Part shown: positions 24,819 through 27,222 of the stretch, one piece after another | Layout: every line of letters starts with the position of its first letter | Position numbering within the stretch: the first letter of the stretch is position 1 | Origin: Chloroflexota bacterium | GTDB taxonomy: Bacteria; Chloroflexota; Anaerolineae; Anaerolineales; VGOW01 | Direction: 5' to 3' | DNA length: 27,222 nucleotides | NCBI GenBank assembly: GCA_016215145.1 | Contig: JACRLA010000334.1 | Span: 1-27,222 of the forward strand | Translations under genes and position numbers: made by a program | The notes under the pieces: model-generated | What the model was told of the DNA's origin: nothing | Seen by the model: only the letters and a program-made list of their open reading frames with translations | The model's database searches: none

Positions 24819-25730
24819 ATGAAAATTTTAGTGACGGGCGGGTTGGGCGCGGTGGGCGCGCCGCTTGCCCGTGAATTGAAGGAGCGGGGTCACGAAGTGT
24901 GGGTGTGTGATCTTCCCCATTCTGAAGGACCCAACTATATCCGTTGTGACGTGGGCGATTATCGCCAAGTGCAGCGCGTGTTTGATCGCGCCGATTTTGA
25001 ATTTGTGTATCACGCCGCCGCCGAGTTCGGGCGCTGGAATGGCGAGGACTATTACGAAAAAGTTTGGCAGTCGAACGCGATTGGCACGAAGAACATTTTG
25101 CGTTTTCAAGAAGCGCGCAAATTCCGCATGGTGTTCTTTAGTTCGTCAGAAGTTTATGGCGATTGGAATGACGTGATGTATGAGGACACGCCGAGCAAAG
25201 TTCCGATTCGGCAGATGAACGATTACGCCATCTCCAAGTGGGTGAACGAAATGCAAATTATGAATTCGGCGGATCGTTTCGGCACGGAGACGGTGCGCGT
25301 GCGGCTGTTCAACACCTACGGTCCCGGCGAACCTTATTCGGAATATCGCAGCGTGGTCTGCCAATTTATCTATCGCGCTTTGCACGACATGCCCTACACC
25401 GTGTATCTCGATCATCATCGCACGTCGTCGTATATCACCGATACGGTTCGCACGTTGGCAAATATCTCTGAACGATTTAAATCCGGTGAGGTCTACAACA
25501 TCGCCGGTGACGAGTATCACGACATCAAAGCCCTCTCCGATATGATTTTGAAATACATTGGCAAAGAGGATCGCTTGGTGAACTACGTGCAAGTAGAAGA
25601 ACATAACACGCGCGACAAGAAAACTGATATTGCAAAATCGGTGCGCGATCTCGACCATCACCCGCAAGTGCCGCTCTCTGTTGGGATTCCGAAAACGATT
25701 GAGTGGCAGAAGAAAGTGTATAAAAAGTAA
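24819..25730 (+). CDS. NAD-dependent nucleotide-sugar epimerase/dehydratase (extended SDR)
   Basis: Contains VTGGLGAVG (GxxGxxG), HAAA, SSSEVYG, YAISK (YxxxK) and RLFNTYGPGE. GGAGG at 24808-24812. Confidence 0.92.
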   Translation: MKILVTGGLGAVGAPLARELKERGHEVWVCDLPHSEGPNYIRCDVGDYRQVQRVFDRADFEFVYHAAAEFGRWNGEDYYEKVWQSNAIGTKNILRFQEARKFRMVFFSSSEVYGDWNDVMYEDTPSKVPIRQMNDYAISKWVNEMQIMNSADRFGTETVRVRLFNTYGPGEPYSEYRSVVCQFIYRALHDMPYTVYLDHHRTSSYITDTVRTLANISERFKSGEVYNIAGDEYHDIKALSDMILKYIGKEDRLVNYVQVEEHNTRDKKTDIAKSVRDLDHHPQVPLSVGIPKTIEWQKKVYKK

Positions 25731-25781
25731 TTGGTAATTGGTAATTGGTAACGTAATTACTAATTACTATTTACTAATTAC
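25727..25781. repeat. Inverted pair of heptamer arrays, (GTAATTG)3 then (TAATTAC)4-like
   Basis: gtaattg x3, gtaac, then gtaatta-ctaatta-ctattta-ctaatta-c. The first unit contains the epimerase TAA stop. Confidence 0.8.
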
Positions 25782-25790
25782 GATTGACGA

Positions 25791-27002
25791 ATGCCAGAAA
25801 CGAAACAAACCATCTGCGTCATCGGCACCGGCTACGTGGGGCTGCCAGCCGCATTGTTATTAGCGCGAGCCGGTCACACCGTCATCGGCGTGGACATCAA
25901 CGAGAACATCGTGCGAGCGATCAACGACGGCGTTCTTCACATCAAAGAAGATGAACTGCAAAAGATCATGGACGAGCCGCAAGTGCGCGCCAACTTGCGC
26001 GCCCAAACCACGCCCGCCGCCGCCGACGTGTTTTTGATCGCCGTCCCCACGCCGGTGGATCATCGCAAAAAAGTTGCCGAGATGAAATACGTGCGCGATG
26101 CTACCGAATCCATCGTGCCGTATCTCAAAGCGGGCAACGTCGTCATTTTGGAATCCACCGTGCCGCCGTTGACCTGCAAAGAGTTCATGACTCCCATTCT
26201 GGAGAAGAGCGGACTCAAAGTCGGCAAAGATTTATATCTGGCTCACTGCCCGGAAAGAATCTTGCCCGGCGACGTGTTCTACGAGATCGTCCACAATGAT
26301 CGCATCATCGGCGCCGCCGATCAAAAATCACGCGACCTTGCCAGCGCGGTCTACGCCACTTTTGTCAAAGGCAATCTCTATCAAACCGACGACGTCACCG
26401 CCGAGTTGTGCAAGCTCATGGAGAACACCTATCGTGACGTGAACATCGCCCTCGCCAACGAGTTCGCCGCCGTTGCCGAAGGGTTGGGCATTGATCCGTT
26501 TCAAGCGATTGAACTTTCCAACAAACATCCGCGCGTAAAAATTCTTCGCCCCGGCATCGGCGTCGGTGGTCACTGCATCCCGCTCGACCCGTGGTTCATT
26601 AAAGAAGTTGATCCCGCCAACTCGCGTCTCATCTTCACTTCGCGCCTCATCAACGACGAGATGCCTCACAAAGTCGCCGCGAAAATCCGCAAAGCCGTGC
26701 GCGACATTGACAACCCTAAACTCGTCCTCATCGGCGCGGCATACAAAGCAAACACCGAAGACCCGCGCGAGAGCCCGGCAATTGAGATCGTCAAAATTTT
26801 GCGCGAAGACGGTTACGAGATCGATCACTTCGATCCGCTCGTCGAAGGGTATCGCTGGAAGTCAACACTCGCCGAAGCGTGCAAAGGTGCGGACATGCTC
26901 GCCGTTTTGATTCAACACAACGCCGTGATGGATGAACTCAACGCGACCCGCGCTGAGATCGAAAAGGGGATGCGGACTCCGCGCGTGTTGGTCTTTGGAT
27001 GA
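25791..27002 (+). CDS. UDP-N-acetylhexosamine/UDP-glucose 6-dehydrogenase family (WecC/WbpA-like)
   Basis: Contains VIGTGYVGLP, IAVPTP, ESTVPP, HCPERILPG, KLMENTYRDVNIA, GVGGHCIP (catalytic Cys) and YKANTEDPRESP. Confidence 0.93.
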   Translation: MPETKQTICVIGTGYVGLPAALLLARAGHTVIGVDINENIVRAINDGVLHIKEDELQKIMDEPQVRANLRAQTTPAAADVFLIAVPTPVDHRKKVAEMKYVRDATESIVPYLKAGNVVILESTVPPLTCKEFMTPILEKSGLKVGKDLYLAHCPERILPGDVFYEIVHNDRIIGAADQKSRDLASAVYATFVKGNLYQTDDVTAELCKLMENTYRDVNIALANEFAAVAEGLGIDPFQAIELSNKHPRVKILRPGIGVGGHCIPLDPWFIKEVDPANSRLIFTSRLINDEMPHKVAAKIRKAVRDIDNPKLVLIGAAYKANTEDPRESPAIEIVKILREDGYEIDHFDPLVEGYRWKSTLAEACKGADMLAVLIQHNAVMDELNATRAEIEKGMRTPRVLVFG

Positions 27003-27222
27003 TCGGCTTGCTTTTTGTCGCGGCGGGCGCGTTCTGGTTGTGGCTGCCCGCGCGCCGCTTGCTGCACGGTTCGCCGCACTTTGCCCCGCTCACTTTTTTT
27101 AGCGGACTCGGACTCAGCCTCGGCGCGATTTCGATCCTAATGATGTGGATCGGACTCGCGCCGACTCCGCTTCTCATCGCCCCGATCATTTTATCTATCC
27201 CGATCATCGGGGTTGCCGCCTC
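26999..27222 (+). CDS. 5' part of a membrane protein (partial, runs off the window)
   Basis: ATG overlaps the upstream TGA. The frame is open to the window end: MIGLLFVAAGAFWLWLPARRLLHGSPHFAPLTFFSGLGLSLGAISILMMWIG..., hydrophobic throughout. Confidence 0.65.
   Translation, partial: MIGLLFVAAGAFWLWLPARRLLHGSPHFAPLTFFSGLGLSLGAISILMMWIGLAPTPLLIAPIILSIPIIGVAA

Noticed and set aside
1-27222. tRNA, rRNA, integrase or transposase genes
   Set aside because: None was recognisable. Nearly all sequence is accounted for by + strand CDSs and short spacers.

Overview
The whole window is one + strand, tightly packed (many overlapping stop/start codons) surface-glycan biosynthesis cluster. It has a Wzm/Wzt ABC exporter and about ten glycosyltransferase genes (GT4, GT2/GT-A, CgeB-like, GT11-like, putative GT-C). 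It also has four intact methyltransferase domains plus one disrupted gene, an AsnB-type amidotransferase (and probably the 3' end of a second), an NDP-sugar epimerase/dehydratase and an NDP-sugar dehydrogenase. The most notable part is a 5.1 kb module: SGNH protein, SxtJ-like, NodU/CmcH carbamoyltransferase, DUF5989/SxtK-like, second SGNH protein. It resembles the sxtI/J/K/L set but sits in a glycan locus, bracketed by a dead 5' relic and an intact copy of the same CgeB-like gene. Other signals: a 102-bp MITE with 21-bp terminal inverted repeats (TIRs) and an 8-bp target-site duplication (TSD) that frameshifts a methyltransferase, an exact in-frame 99-bp tandem duplication in a GT4 gene, two GT fusion genes, and heptamer/palindromic repeats that overlap stop codons or sit in-frame in protein loops. 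Family assignments come from recognising motifs, not from database searches. A Chloroflexota-like host is only a guess.
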